Under the pieces are notes generated by a model. That model was not told the DNA's origin. It worked only from the letters and a program-made list of their open reading frames with translations, and did not search any database. Below, in pieces: positions 1 through 10,384 of a DNA stretch of 32,000 nt. Made by a program: the position numbers and the translations under genes. Position 1 is the stretch's first letter. Each line of letters begins with the position of its first letter. The DNA comes from Thermococcus kodakarensis KOD1. Lineage in GTDB: Archaea > Methanobacteriota_B > Thermococci > Thermococcales > Thermococcaceae. The stretch is taken from contig NC_006624.1 in NCBI RefSeq assembly GCF_000009965.1, forward strand, positions 1-32,000, in the 5' to 3' direction.

Positions 1-3000
1 ATGATCCTCGACACTGACTACATAACCGAGGATGGAAAGCCTGTCATAAGAATTTTCAAGAAGGAAAACGGCGAGTTTAAGATTGAGTACGACCGGACTT
101 TTGAACCCTACTTCTACGCCCTCCTGAAGGACGATTCTGCCATTGAGGAAGTCAAGAAGATAACCGCCGAGAGGCACGGGACGGTTGTAACGGTTAAGCG
201 GGTTGAAAAGGTTCAGAAGAAGTTCCTCGGGAGACCAGTTGAGGTCTGGAAACTCTACTTTACTCATCCGCAGGACGTCCCAGCGATAAGGGACAAGATA
301 CGAGAGCATCCAGCAGTTATTGACATCTACGAGTACGACATACCCTTCGCCAAGCGCTACCTCATAGACAAGGGATTAGTGCCAATGGAAGGCGACGAGG
401 AGCTGAAAATGCTCGCCTTCGACATTGAAACTCTCTACCATGAGGGCGAGGAGTTCGCCGAGGGGCCAATCCTTATGATAAGCTACGCCGACGAGGAAGG
501 GGCCAGGGTGATAACTTGGAAGAACGTGGATCTCCCCTACGTTGACGTCGTCTCGACGGAGAGGGAGATGATAAAGCGCTTCCTCCGTGTTGTGAAGGAG
601 AAAGACCCGGACGTTCTCATAACCTACAACGGCGACAACTTCGACTTCGCCTATCTGAAAAAGCGCTGTGAAAAGCTCGGAATAAACTTCGCCCTCGGAA
701 GGGATGGAAGCGAGCCGAAGATTCAGAGGATGGGCGACAGGTTTGCCGTCGAAGTGAAGGGACGGATACACTTCGATCTCTATCCTGTGATAAGACGGAC
801 GATAAACCTGCCCACATACACGCTTGAGGCCGTTTATGAAGCCGTCTTCGGTCAGCCGAAGGAGAAGGTTTACGCTGAGGAAATAACCACAGCCTGGGAA
901 ACCGGCGAGAACCTTGAGAGAGTCGCCCGCTACTCGATGGAAGATGCGAAGGTCACATACGAGCTTGGGAAGGAGTTCCTTCCGATGGAGGCCCAGCTTT
1001 CTCGCTTAATCGGCCAGTCCCTCTGGGACGTCTCCCGCTCCAGCACTGGCAACCTCGTTGAGTGGTTCCTCCTCAGGAAGGCCTATGAGAGGAATGAGCT
1101 GGCCCCGAACAAGCCCGATGAAAAGGAGCTGGCCAGAAGACGGCAGAGCTATGAAGGAGGCTATGTAAAAGAGCCCGAGAGAGGGTTGTGGGAGAACATA
1201 GTGTACCTAGATTTTAGATGCCATCCAGCCGATACGAAGGTTGTCGTCAAGGGGAAGGGGATTATAAACATCAGCGAGGTTCAGGAAGGTGACTATGTCC
1301 TTGGGATTGACGGCTGGCAGAGAGTTAGAAAAGTATGGGAATACGACTACAAAGGGGAGCTTGTAAACATAAACGGGTTAAAGTGTACGCCCAATCATAA
1401 GCTTCCCGTTGTTACAAAGAACGAACGACAAACGAGAATAAGAGACAGTCTTGCTAAGTCTTTCCTTACTAAAAAAGTTAAGGGCAAGATAATAACCACT
1501 CCCCTTTTCTATGAAATAGGCAGAGCGACAAGTGAGAATATTCCAGAAGAAGAGGTTCTCAAGGGAGAGCTCGCTGGCATACTATTGGCTGAAGGAACGC
1601 TCTTGAGGAAAGACGTTGAATACTTTGATTCATCCCGCAAAAAACGGAGGATTTCACACCAGTATCGTGTTGAGATAACCATTGGGAAAGACGAGGAGGA
1701 GTTTAGGGATCGTATCACATACATTTTTGAGCGTTTGTTTGGGATTACTCCAAGCATCTCGGAGAAGAAAGGAACTAACGCAGTAACACTCAAAGTTGCG
1801 AAGAAGAATGTTTATCTTAAAGTCAAGGAAATTATGGACAACATAGAGTCCCTACATGCCCCCTCGGTTCTCAGGGGATTCTTCGAAGGCGACGGTTCAG
1901 TAAACAGGGTTAGGAGGAGTATTGTTGCAACCCAGGGTACAAAGAACGAGTGGAAGATTAAACTGGTGTCAAAACTGCTCTCCCAGCTTGGTATCCCTCA
2001 TCAAACGTACACGTATCAGTATCAGGAAAATGGGAAAGATCGGAGCAGGTATATACTGGAGATAACTGGAAAGGACGGATTGATACTGTTCCAAACACTC
2101 ATTGGATTCATCAGTGAAAGAAAGAACGCTCTGCTTAATAAGGCAATATCTCAGAGGGAAATGAACAACTTGGAAAACAATGGATTTTACAGGCTCAGTG
2201 AATTCAATGTCAGCACGGAATACTATGAGGGCAAGGTCTATGACTTAACTCTTGAAGGAACTCCCTACTACTTTGCCAATGGCATATTGACCCATAACTC
2301 CCTGTACCCCTCAATCATCATCACCCACAACGTCTCGCCGGATACGCTCAACAGAGAAGGATGCAAGGAATATGACGTTGCCCCACAGGTCGGCCACCGC
2401 TTCTGCAAGGACTTCCCAGGATTTATCCCGAGCCTGCTTGGAGACCTCCTAGAGGAGAGGCAGAAGATAAAGAAGAAGATGAAGGCCACGATTGACCCGA
2501 TCGAGAGGAAGCTCCTCGATTACAGGCAGAGGGCCATCAAGATCCTGGCAAACAGCATCCTACCCGAGGAATGGCTTCCAGTCCTCGAGGAAGGGGAGGT
2601 TCACTTCGTCAGGATTGGAGAGCTCATAGACCGGATGATGGAGGAAAATGCTGGGAAAGTAAAGAGAGAGGGCGAGACGGAAGTGCTTGAGGTCAGTGGG
2701 CTTGAAGTCCCGTCCTTTAACAGGAGAACTAAGAAGGCCGAGCTCAAGAGAGTAAAGGCCCTGATTAGGCACGATTATTCTGGCAAGGTCTACACCATCA
2801 GACTGAAGTCGGGGAGGAGAATAAAGATAACCTCTGGCCACAGCCTCTTCTCTGTGAGAAACGGGGAGCTCGTTGAAGTTACGGGCGATGAACTAAAGCC
2901 AGGTGACCTCGTTGCAGTCCCGCGGAGATTGGAGCTTCCTGAGAGAAACCACGTGCTGAACCTCGTTGAACTGCTCCTTGGAACGCCAGAAGAAGAAACT

Positions 3001-5016
3001 TTGGACATCGTCATGACGATCCCAGTCAAGGGTAAGAAGAACTTCTTTAAAGGGATGCTCAGGACTTTGCGCTGGATTTTCGGAGAGGAAAAGAGGCCCA
3101 GAACCGCGAGACGCTATCTCAGGCACCTTGAGGATCTGGGCTATGTCCGGCTTAAGAAGATCGGCTACGAAGTCCTCGACTGGGACTCACTTAAGAACTA
3201 CAGAAGGCTCTACGAGGCGCTTGTCGAGAACGTCAGATACAACGGCAACAAGAGGGAGTACCTCGTTGAATTCAATTCCATCCGGGATGCAGTTGGCATA
3301 ATGCCCCTAAAAGAGCTGAAGGAGTGGAAGATCGGCACGCTGAACGGCTTCAGAATGAGCCCGCTCATTGAAGTGGACGAGTCGTTAGCAAAGCTCCTCG
3401 GCTACTACGTGAGCGAGGGCTATGCAAGAAAGCAGAGGAATCCCAAAAACGGCTGGAGCTACAGCGTGAAGCTCTACAACGAAGACCCTGAAGTGCTGGA
3501 CGATATGGAGAGACTCGCCAGCAGGTTTTTCGGGAAGGTGAGGCGGGGCAGGAACTACGTTGAGATACCGAAGAAGATCGGCTACCTGCTCTTTGAGAAC
3601 ATGTGCGGTGTCCTAGCGGAGAACAAGAGGATTCCCGAGTTCGTCTTCACGTCCCCGAAAGGGGTTCGGCTGGCCTTCCTTGAGGGGTACTTCATCGGCG
3701 ATGGCGACGTCCACCCGAACAAGAGACTCAGGCTCTCAACGAAAAGCGAGCTTTTAGCGAACCAGCTCGTCCTCCTCTTGAACTCGGTGGGGGTCTCTGC
3801 TGTAAAACTTGGGCACGACAGCGGCGTTTACAGGGTCTATATAAACGAGGAGCTCCCGTTCGTAAAGCTGGACAAGAAAAAGAACGCCTACTACTCACAC
3901 GTGATCCCCAAGGAAGTCCTGAGCGAGGTCTTTGGGAAGGTTTTCCAGAAAAACGTCAGTCCTCAGACCTTCAGGAAGATGGTCGAGGACGGAAGACTCG
4001 ATCCCGAAAAGGCCCAGAGGCTCTCCTGGCTCATTGAGGGGGACGTAGTGCTCGACCGCGTTGAGTCCGTTGATGTGGAAGACTACGATGGTTATGTCTA
4101 TGACCTGAGCGTCGAGGACAACGAGAACTTCCTCGTTGGCTTTGGGTTGGTCTATGCTCACAACAGCTACTACGGTTACTACGGCTATGCAAGGGCGCGC
4201 TGGTACTGCAAGGAGTGTGCAGAGAGCGTAACGGCCTGGGGAAGGGAGTACATAACGATGACCATCAAGGAGATAGAGGAAAAGTACGGCTTTAAGGTAA
4301 TCTACAGCGACACCGACGGATTTTTTGCCACAATACCTGGAGCCGATGCTGAAACCGTCAAAAAGAAGGCTATGGAGTTCCTCAAGTATATCAACGCCAA
4401 ACTTCCGGGCGCGCTTGAGCTCGAGTACGAGGGCTTCTACAAACGCGGCTTCTTCGTCACGAAGAAGAAGTATGCGGTGATAGACGAGGAAGGCAAGATA
4501 ACAACGCGCGGACTTGAGATTGTGAGGCGTGACTGGAGCGAGATAGCGAAAGAGACGCAGGCGAGGGTTCTTGAAGCTTTGCTAAAGGACGGTGACGTCG
4601 AGAAGGCCGTGAGGATAGTCAAAGAAGTTACCGAAAAGCTGAGCAAGTACGAGGTTCCGCCGGAGAAGCTGGTGATCCACGAGCAGATAACGAGGGATTT
4701 AAAGGACTACAAGGCAACCGGTCCCCACGTTGCCGTTGCCAAGAGGTTGGCCGCGAGAGGAGTCAAAATACGCCCTGGAACGGTGATAAGCTACATCGTG
4801 CTCAAGGGCTCTGGGAGGATAGGCGACAGGGCGATACCGTTCGACGAGTTCGACCCGACGAAGCACAAGTACGACGCCGAGTACTACATTGAGAACCAGG
4901 TTCTCCCAGCCGTTGAGAGAATTCTGAGAGCCTTCGGTTACCGCAAGGAAGACCTGCGCTACCAGAAGACGAGACAGGTTGGTTTGAGTGCTTGGCTGAA
5001 GCCGAAGGGAACTTGA
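1..5016 (+). CDS. pol: Family B DNA polymerase precursor (KOD-type) containing two inteins; predicted mature extein 774 aa (406+85+283)
   Basis: 1671 aa ORF with exonuclease motif FDIETL, polymerase motifs DFR|SLYPSI and KILAN|SYYGYYGY interrupted by inteins, and YSDTDGFF. Sequence matches remembered T. kodakarensis KOD polymerase. Confidence 0.99.
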   Translation: MILDTDYITEDGKPVIRIFKKENGEFKIEYDRTFEPYFYALLKDDSAIEEVKKITAERHGTVVTVKRVEKVQKKFLGRPVEVWKLYFTHPQDVPAIRDKIREHPAVIDIYEYDIPFAKRYLIDKGLVPMEGDEELKMLAFDIETLYHEGEEFAEGPILMISYADEEGARVITWKNVDLPYVDVVSTEREMIKRFLRVVKEKDPDVLITYNGDNFDFAYLKKRCEKLGINFALGRDGSEPKIQRMGDRFAVEVKGRIHFDLYPVIRRTINLPTYTLEAVYEAVFGQPKEKVYAEEITTAWETGENLERVARYSMEDAKVTYELGKEFLPMEAQLSRLIGQSLWDVSRSSTGNLVEWFLLRKAYERNELAPNKPDEKELARRRQSYEGGYVKEPERGLWENIVYLDFRCHPADTKVVVKGKGIINISEVQEGDYVLGIDGWQRVRKVWEYDYKGELVNINGLKCTPNHKLPVVTKNERQTRIRDSLAKSFLTKKVKGKIITTPLFYEIGRATSENIPEEEVLKGELAGILLAEGTLLRKDVEYFDSSRKKRRISHQYRVEITIGKDEEEFRDRITYIFERLFGITPSISEKKGTNAVTLKVAKKNVYLKVKEIMDNIESLHAPSVLRGFFEGDGSVNRVRRSIVATQGTKNEWKIKLVSKLLSQLGIPHQTYTYQYQENGKDRSRYILEITGKDGLILFQTLIGFISERKNALLNKAISQREMNNLENNGFYRLSEFNVSTEYYEGKVYDLTLEGTPYYFANGILTHNSLYPSIIITHNVSPDTLNREGCKEYDVAPQVGHRFCKDFPGFIPSLLGDLLEERQKIKKKMKATIDPIERKLLDYRQRAIKILANSILPEEWLPVLEEGEVHFVRIGELIDRMMEENAGKVKREGETEVLEVSGLEVPSFNRRTKKAELKRVKALIRHDYSGKVYTIRLKSGRRIKITSGHSLFSVRNGELVEVTGDELKPGDLVAVPRRLELPERNHVLNLVELLLGTPEEETLDIVMTIPVKGKKNFFKGMLRTLRWIFGEEKRPRTARRYLRHLEDLGYVRLKKIGYEVLDWDSLKNYRRLYEALVENVRYNGNKREYLVEFNSIRDAVGIMPLKELKEWKIGTLNGFRMSPLIEVDESLAKLLGYYVSEGYARKQRNPKNGWSYSVKLYNEDPEVLDDMERLASRFFGKVRRGRNYVEIPKKIGYLLFENMCGVLAENKRIPEFVFTSPKGVRLAFLEGYFIGDGDVHPNKRLRLSTKSELLANQLVLLLNSVGVSAVKLGHDSGVYRVYINEELPFVKLDKKKNAYYSHVIPKEVLSEVFGKVFQKNVSPQTFRKMVEDGRLDPEKAQRLSWLIEGDVVLDRVESVDVEDYDGYVYDLSVEDNENFLVGFGLVYAHNSYYGYYGYARARWYCKECAESVTAWGREYITMTIKEIEEKYGFKVIYSDTDGFFATIPGADAETVKKKAMEFLKYINAKLPGALELEYEGFYKRGFFVTKKKYAVIDEEGKITTRGLEIVRRDWSEIAKETQARVLEALLKDGDVEKAVRIVKEVTEKLSKYEVPPEKLVIHEQITRDLKDYKATGPHVAVAKRLAARGVKIRPGTVISYIVLKGSGRIGDRAIPFDEFDPTKHKYDAEYYIENQVLPAVERILRAFGYRKEDLRYQKTRQVGLSAWLKPKGT
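1219..2298 (+). mobile_element. Intein 1 (aa 407-766, 360 aa) with LAGLIDADG homing endonuclease; pol motif A insertion (PI-PkoI type)
   Basis: Starts C407 ([14 protein letters not shown]), ends ...[11 protein letters not shown] followed by S767. LAGLIDADG-like blocks LAGILLAEG and [11 protein letters not shown]. Confidence 0.97.
2554..4164 (+). mobile_element. Intein 2 (aa 852-1388, 537 aa) with LAGLIDADG homing endonuclease; pol motif B insertion (PI-PkoII type)
   Basis: Starts S852 ([14 protein letters not shown]), ends ...[13 protein letters not shown] followed by S1389. Blocks [12 protein letters not shown] and [11 protein letters not shown]. Confidence 0.97.
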
Positions 5017-5085
5017 CCTTTCCATTTGTTTTCCAGCGGATAACCCTTTAACTTCCCTTTCAAAAACTCCCTTTAGGGAAAGACC

Positions 5086-5733
5086 ATGAAGATAGAAATC
5101 CGGCGGCGCCCGGTTAAATACGCTAGGATAGAAGTGAAGCCAGACGGCAGGGTAGTCGTCACTGCCCCCGAGGGGTTCAACGTTGAGAAGTTCATAGCAA
5201 AGAACGCCGCCTGGCTGGAGGGGAAGCTGGCCCAGATTGAAGGTCTGAAAGAGCTTGCAGAGTCGGGCTTTCCCCTGAACGGCGAGTTCTACAAGGTCAT
5301 ACACGGAAGGAGGGCGAAAGTTCATGACAGCTTTAGGACCGTTGTTCTCCCCCCTTATCCCGAAGACATGCGGGAAGAACTGAAAAGGCTTCTCCGGCCG
5401 GAGATATTTGGGCTTATTGAAAAATACGCAGGAAAAATGGGAGTATCCCCCGGCAAGGTCTTCATCCGTTCGCAGAGGACAAGGTGGGGCAGCTGTTCTG
5501 GAAAGGGCAACCTGAACTTCAACCTTCGCCTGATAGCCCTTCCGCCGGAGCTCAGGGAGTACGTTGTCGTCCACGAGCTTGCTCACCTTAAGCACAGAAA
5601 CCACTCAAAGGCCTTCTGGAGCCTTGTCTCCCGCTTCTACCCGGACTACCGCTCCGCAAGGGAAGAGCTGAAGAAGTGGTGGAGCATTCTGGAGCTGAAC
5701 CCGTACTGGCGGTGGCTGGAGGGAAGGGAGTGA
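5086..5733 (+). CDS. YgjP/DUF45-like (M48-related) metallopeptidase
   Basis: 215 aa; HELAHLKHRNHSKAFW zinc-binding motif, RTRWGSCS motif typical of the YgjP family. Confidence 0.9.
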   Translation: MKIEIRRRPVKYARIEVKPDGRVVVTAPEGFNVEKFIAKNAAWLEGKLAQIEGLKELAESGFPLNGEFYKVIHGRRAKVHDSFRTVVLPPYPEDMREELKRLLRPEIFGLIEKYAGKMGVSPGKVFIRSQRTRWGSCSGKGNLNFNLRLIALPPELREYVVVHELAHLKHRNHSKAFWSLVSRFYPDYRSAREELKKWWSILELNPYWRWLEGRE

Positions 5734-6119
5734 CGCTGAAGGGAGTTTTAAAGCTCCTCCTTCTTTCAGCGGACGAAATAGCTGTCGCGGTCTTTATCTT
5801 TGTAGTTCTCCCCGGATTTGGGGTTGATGTGCCCTTGAAAGTATCCGTTCCACTTTTGGTGCTCCTGCTCCTCAAGGATATTTTAATCGCCCCATACGTC
5901 CTCGGAGGCGGACTCGAAAAGAGGCCTTTAACTGGCCCTGAGGCTTTGATAGGGATGGAGGCGGTGGTCGTTGAAGACCTATCTCCAGAGGGTATCGTCA
6001 AAGTTGGGAACGAGCTGTGGAGAGGGGTCTGCTTAAACGGAAGGGCCAAGAGGGGAGAAAAAGTCAGGATCGTTGGATTCAGGGGGAACCTCCTACTACT
6101 GGAACGCCCAGAGTCCTGA
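5730..6119 (+). CDS. NfeD-like membrane protein (C-terminal OB-like domain)
   Basis: GTG start at 5730 overlaps the upstream stop (GTGA). Hydrophobic N-terminus followed by GMEAVVVEDLSPEGIVKVGNELWRGVCLNG...GEKVRIVGFRGNLLLLE, an NfeD C-terminal pattern. Confidence 0.65.
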   Translation: MTLKGVLKLLLLSADEIAVAVFIFVVLPGFGVDVPLKVSVPLLVLLLLKDILIAPYVLGGGLEKRPLTGPEALIGMEAVVVEDLSPEGIVKVGNELWRGVCLNGRAKRGEKVRIVGFRGNLLLLERPES

Positions 6120-6567
6120 GAACCTCTGCCAGCTCTTCGGGCCTGTTGGTGGTGAATGAGATGCTCCAGCCTTTAGTTCTTTCAATGAGAACGCAGGCCT
6201 TCCCTGGGTAAGTGTAGTGTATCGTCCCGCTGCAGCTCATCCAGCCCTCTGAAATTCTGACGAGCTTTATCTCGTCGAGCCGGATCGTCTTTCTGGCGAG
6301 GAGACCGAGGGCACTTCTGATTTTCAGTCTCTCCTCATCCACTTCAATCTTTAGCTGCATCAGGTCAAGGGCTATTGCCACAAACGGAAGAAGAAAAACG
6401 AGGAGAAACGTCATGTCTTCGCCTGCCAGGTATGAAGCTCCTATTCCTATGGTCATTCCTAGGAAGGCTGGGAGCATTATGAGGAGCATCTTCCAGCTCC
6501 TGACGGTCTCGGAGTAGATGGCCACCACCGAGGGATTTTCCACTACCTCTTTAAAGCCCTTTTCCAA
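6079..6567 (-). CDS. Hypothetical membrane protein (two TM segments, C-terminal PH-like domain)
   Basis: 162 aa ORF; MLLIMLPAFLGMTIGIGASYLAG and MTFLLVFLLPFVAIALDLM hydrophobic segments. 3' end overlaps the convergent NfeD-like gene by 41 nt. Confidence 0.65.
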   Translation of the reverse strand: MEKGFKEVVENPSVVAIYSETVRSWKMLLIMLPAFLGMTIGIGASYLAGEDMTFLLVFLLPFVAIALDLMQLKIEVDEERLKIRSALGLLARKTIRLDEIKLVRISEGWMSCSGTIHYTYPGKACVLIERTKGWSISFTTNRPEELAEVLRTLGVPVVGGSP

Positions 6568-6597
6568 AGGTTACCAGGTGATAAGATGGTTCGGATA

Positions 6598-7014
6598 ATG
6601 CCCGTTGACAGGCTGAGCGATGAGGAGGTAAGAGAAATTCTCACAAAGTACCGGAAGATAGCGCTCGTCGGCGCCTCACCAAAGCCGGAGCGCGATGCTA
6701 ACAGGGTCATGCGCTATCTCCTCGAACACGGCTATGAGGTCTATCCCGTGAACCCGCGCTACGATGAGGTTCTCGGGAGGAAGTGCTATCCTAGCGTTCT
6801 TGACATCCCGGATGAGGTTGAAATCGTTGACCTCTTCGTTAGGCCAGAGTTCACTATGGACTACGTGGAACAGGCGATAAAGAAGGGTGCGAAGGTGGTC
6901 TGGTTCCAGTTCAACACCTACAACAGGGAGGCGTTCAGGAAAGCGAAAGAAGCGGGCCTTACAGCAGTCGCTCACAGGTGCATAAAGCAGGAGCACGAGA
7001 GGCTTATCGGGTAA
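6598..7014 (+). CDS. CoA-binding (Rossmann-fold, YccU-like) protein
   Basis: IALVGASPKPERDANRVMRYLLEHGYEVYPVNPRYDEVLGRKCYPS is a CoA-binding domain signature. Alternative ATG at 6586. Confidence 0.9.
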   Translation: MPVDRLSDEEVREILTKYRKIALVGASPKPERDANRVMRYLLEHGYEVYPVNPRYDEVLGRKCYPSVLDIPDEVEIVDLFVRPEFTMDYVEQAIKKGAKVVWFQFNTYNREAFRKAKEAGLTAVAHRCIKQEHERLIG

Positions 7015-7427
7015 TTCCAAGGAGCTCAAGGAGTTCTTTGGTGTTCACCACGTCAATCTCCTCTATTTCCTTCAGTCTCTTGTCGTTGTTCCACAGGGGG
7101 CTTTTACTTTTAGGGCCAGTGCCACAAAGTCAGCGTCATCTTTGTCGGGGGTTATTCGAGTGCTAGAGGTATGAACTCGGCGTAGAACCCCTCGTTTACG
7201 AATATGACATGCTCTTTAAGAACGGACAGTATTTCCTCGAACTCTTTCTCTCCGATCTTTGCTTTTTTCAGGACTTCGTCCCTGTGCTCGTGAAGCTCTT
7301 CCAGTGCAAACTCGGGACTTATAAGTCTCCCTGATACCAAGAACACGAGCTCTCTGGTTACTGTTGATTTCCCGAAGAAAGAGAATAGCACGTTTGTGTT
7401 AACTACGAGAAGAATATCTTCTCTCAA
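7004..7427 (-). pseudogene. vapC: Degenerate VapC-type PIN-domain toxin, two frameshifts
   Basis: Frame A: LLVVNTNVLFSFFG...EFIPLALE*. Other frames continue (ITP)DKDDADFVALALKVKAP and LWNNDKRLKEIEEIDVVNTKELLELLGITR*, together forming a normal PIN C-terminus. Start codon (TTG 7427) uncertain. Confidence 0.85.
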
Positions 7428-7614
7428 GGTACTCGCCCCTTCCCATTTTCGCCTTCCGTCCGAGTTCTATTGCATCCTCTTCTGAGAGTTCGGAGTTCTT
7501 GAGCATCTCATTGAGCCTTGCGAGGGTTTTCAGTCTCTCCGCGATAGTCTTTGCTATCAAATCGGCCAGCTTTTCGTCCACACTCGGGGGGACCTTGACC
7601 ACTATGTCTCCCAC
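7399..7614 (-). CDS. vapB: VapB-type antitoxin paired with the degenerate VapC
   Basis: 71 aa, small charged helical protein immediately upstream of and overlapping the PIN gene. Confidence 0.65.
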   Translation of the reverse strand: MGDIVVKVPPSVDEKLADLIAKTIAERLKTLARLNEMLKNSELSEEDAIELGRKAKMGRGEYLERRYSSRS

Positions 7615-7654
7615 GCTATCACCGCTCTTACTACGCCGCTCTGCTTATAACGGT

Positions 7655-8755
7655 TTATCCTCTGTACCTCAGCACGTGGATGTCCCTTACGACCCTGTGC
7701 CTCTCCTCGTAGTCAGGGTACCTCCCGAGGACTTCAAAGCCGAGCTTCACGAGCCACTTCCTCTCCTTCCGGTATATTCCACCGCCGCTCAGCTTGTAGG
7801 CCGGGAAGACAAAGACAACCTTTCCGTTTCTTTTCAGAACGTCGGCAAAGCTCTCGAAGACCGAATAATAGAAGCGGTCGAGCTCGTTGGCCAGCTTTAT
7901 GGCCTCGCCCCTACTCGGGTGTCTTTTGAGGGGCTTTCCGAGGTAGGGTTCGGTGACTATAGCATCGAACCTCTGTCTAAAACACTTCTTCAGCTTTCTG
8001 GCGTCGCAGACTTCTAAGTGAGCCGAGTTTTTGAGCCGGAACTCTTTCCTCAGCCAGGTGAGATTCTTCTTGGCATCCCTGATCTGCCCCTCGTCGCGGT
8101 CGCTCCCGTAGGCAGTAAGCCCCTGAAGAACGAACTCCTGAACCACCGTTCCAATGCCGCAGAACGGATCCAGGAAGCTCCCCTTTCTAACCTCCGTCAG
8201 GTTCACCATTATCCTTGCCAGTCTCGGCGGAATCGAGAGGATGGGCTTCTGGACGGGCCTCTCGACGTCGAGCTTCTTCAGCTCGAAGGGGTCCGTTACT
8301 CTGATCGTCTCGCCGACGAGGAAGCTCCCGTCTTCCCTGAACAGAAAGACGAAGTCCTTAACCTCCGGAAAGCCCTTGAGGATGAGCTCCGCGGGCATGG
8401 CATATGTTTTTGCGGGCTTGAAGAACTTAGCTGACCCCTCCTCTTTGAACCTCTTCTTTATCTCGCTCCCGAGCTTACGCCAGAGCTTCCAGTCGCTCTT
8501 CCCGTAGAGACTGACCGTAAAAAGCCTGGAGTACTCCAGCTCCTCCAGAGCCTCTTCTCCCTCCCCAACTATCCTGACGAGCTTGAGAGAACCGCCTATC
8601 CACCGGAAATATCTCTCCACCGAAGGCTTGGATTCAAAGACTATCCAGTTATGCTCTTCCTCAATCGATTTAACTTTTAGTCCGAATCTTCTCCCGAAAG
8701 AGTAAAATTCAGCACGGCTGAGCTCTGAATTCTTTCCTAAGATTACTCCATACAT
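7655..8755 (-). CDS. TrmG10/Trm11-like SAM-dependent (putative RNA) methyltransferase
   Basis: 366 aa; motif I GSFLDPFCGIGTVVQEFVLQG, motif IV position reads VTEPYLGKPL. N-terminal region resembles that of Trm11/TrmG10 proteins. Confidence 0.75.
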   Translation of the reverse strand: MYGVILGKNSELSRAEFYSFGRRFGLKVKSIEEEHNWIVFESKPSVERYFRWIGGSLKLVRIVGEGEEALEELEYSRLFTVSLYGKSDWKLWRKLGSEIKKRFKEEGSAKFFKPAKTYAMPAELILKGFPEVKDFVFLFREDGSFLVGETIRVTDPFELKKLDVERPVQKPILSIPPRLARIMVNLTEVRKGSFLDPFCGIGTVVQEFVLQGLTAYGSDRDEGQIRDAKKNLTWLRKEFRLKNSAHLEVCDARKLKKCFRQRFDAIVTEPYLGKPLKRHPSRGEAIKLANELDRFYYSVFESFADVLKRNGKVVFVFPAYKLSGGGIYRKERKWLVKLGFEVLGRYPDYEERHRVVRDIHVLRYRG

Positions 8756-8842
8756 GGATTGCGCTTTGAGTAAGCTTTTAAAAAGGTTCCGCGTAAATAT
8801 AATTGGGATTTAATCAAAAACATGAGTCCACGGTGACCACCT

Positions 8843-10093
8843 ATGCTGACGGTTGAGGTTCTTAAATCAGCTGACATCATACCTGATCCATATACGCGCG
8901 CGGTAACCTACGCCCGGTTAGGTGAGACGCTTGTGCGCAGGAAGGATCCCCTTTATAAGGAGGCGTTTTTGAAGGCGTTTGACGCGTTGAACGATATAAA
9001 CGATCCCGAACTTCTACTCAGGGCAACCCTAGCCATAGGGTACCACATGGGAAAAGCTGGGATCAAAGCGTACTACAAGGTGTTTCTGAGGGTGGTTGAA
9101 GATTCCTCTGCTTTATCTCCTCCAGTTAGAGACGAAATTTTAGCACTTGCCGTCAGGTACCTAGTGAGCCTCGGGAACCTCGGACAGGCCGTAACACTCG
9201 CGACGGAAATTTCGGATAAGAAACTTGCACAGGCCACTCTCTTCTCCATAGTCCGGGCGGGGAGCAGGTTAATTCAGGACAGCTCCCTAAAGGCGGCCTA
9301 CAAGCTCAGGAAAATCAAGCTGGCGCTTGAGTATATAACTGACGAGCCATATCGCTCAAAGGCCCTGATAGAGCTGGCAAAGGCTTTTATTGCGGTGGGG
9401 AGTTATGAGAGGGCGCTGGCCACGATTAGGGAAATAGAATCCCCAGATTGGGCTAAGGTTGCCTTCAAGGAACTTACCTTTAGTTTGGGCAGGATGGGCG
9501 TCATAGACAAGTTCATAAGCGGGCTTTCTGAGCTGGCGGATGATTTCAGCTCGCGTTTTGGTGCCGATTTTGTTGTGGAGCTTGCAGAGGCTTTTCTGCT
9601 TGCTGGGAAACCGGATATTGCCGTTGGAATGCTCCGCAATCTTGATGATTCAGTTCAGGTGATCTCTGAAGTTGCACTTGAGGTTCTGGACAAAAATCCC
9701 GCGGTTATTCCGGGTTTTCTTGAAGTTCTCTCCGATGATGAGGCACGTATCGTTGGAAAGTTGTTGATGGATAAAATCCTTGAGCATCCGACAAAGGCCC
9801 TTGAGGAAGTTGTCAAGGCCGTGGCGAGGAGGGTTAGATCAGAAGCCATGTGGGTAAAGGTCGCCAGGTACTACACTCTGCTGGGGGACGTTGAGACGGC
9901 TAGAAATATCGGGGTTGTACTCCAGAATCCCAAGCTCCGCTCGATAGTTCTTGCGGACGTTGCCAGAAGTTACTTGAAACAGAACAAAATAGAAGAGGCC
10001 ATAGATGCCGCCCTCGAAGTCAGGGACAGGAAGTTTGCTTCCTTACTAATGTCAGAAATACTGGTTAGGGCACTGAGCGTGGGGGGAACCTGA
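8843..10093 (+). CDS. Helical-repeat hypothetical protein
   Basis: 416 aa, repeated two-helix units (e.g. DPYTRAVTYARLGETLV, DPELLLRATLAIGYHM, EPYRSKALIELAKAFIAVGSYERALATIREI) resembling TPR/HEAT-type repeats. Confidence 0.75.
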   Translation: MLTVEVLKSADIIPDPYTRAVTYARLGETLVRRKDPLYKEAFLKAFDALNDINDPELLLRATLAIGYHMGKAGIKAYYKVFLRVVEDSSALSPPVRDEILALAVRYLVSLGNLGQAVTLATEISDKKLAQATLFSIVRAGSRLIQDSSLKAAYKLRKIKLALEYITDEPYRSKALIELAKAFIAVGSYERALATIREIESPDWAKVAFKELTFSLGRMGVIDKFISGLSELADDFSSRFGADFVVELAEAFLLAGKPDIAVGMLRNLDDSVQVISEVALEVLDKNPAVIPGFLEVLSDDEARIVGKLLMDKILEHPTKALEEVVKAVARRVRSEAMWVKVARYYTLLGDVETARNIGVVLQNPKLRSIVLADVARSYLKQNKIEEAIDAALEVRDRKFASLLMSEILVRALSVGGT

Positions 10094-10094
10094 A

Positions 10095-10379
10095 ATGGAA
10101 GTTATCCGTCTGCTGAAGAGAAAGTCCCAAGACAAGGTTGAGTTCGTGCGCGATCTGGTAGTTTTCATGGCTTCTCCCGACGTTGATTTTTCCAACGAGG
10201 TTCTGTTTAAGGACGCCGTTGATGAGATATACTCAATCCTGAGGGAGGAAGTCATTGAAAATGGGAACAAAGAGCTAGCCAGCGCGTATGAAAAAGCCGT
10301 TCTCCTTAGAGCTGCGGTTTTTGGAGAGGAAATGGATCCGAAAAAGCTCCTTAAGGGTATTCTCGAGGAGCTGAGGTGA
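10095..10379 (+). CDS. Small helical hypothetical protein, likely co-transcribed with the upstream repeat protein
   Basis: 94 aa ORF beginning 1 nt after the upstream stop. Confidence 0.65.
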   Translation: MEVIRLLKRKSQDKVEFVRDLVVFMASPDVDFSNEVLFKDAVDEIYSILREEVIENGNKELASAYEKAVLLRAAVFGEEMDPKKLLKGILEELR

Positions 10380-10384
10380 TTGAG

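Noticed and set aside
4699-5604. 301 aa minus-strand ORF across the 3' end of pol and the YgjP-like gene
   Set aside because: Lies fully antisense to two strongly supported genes, has low-complexity/aberrant composition and no recognisable motif; shadow ORF.
5700-6119. Considered whether the NfeD-like gene plus SPFH gene form the classical NfeD-stomatin operon
   Set aside because: The SPFH gene is about 12 kb away and of a different (zinc-ribbon, YdjI-like) subtype, so no operon link is supported.
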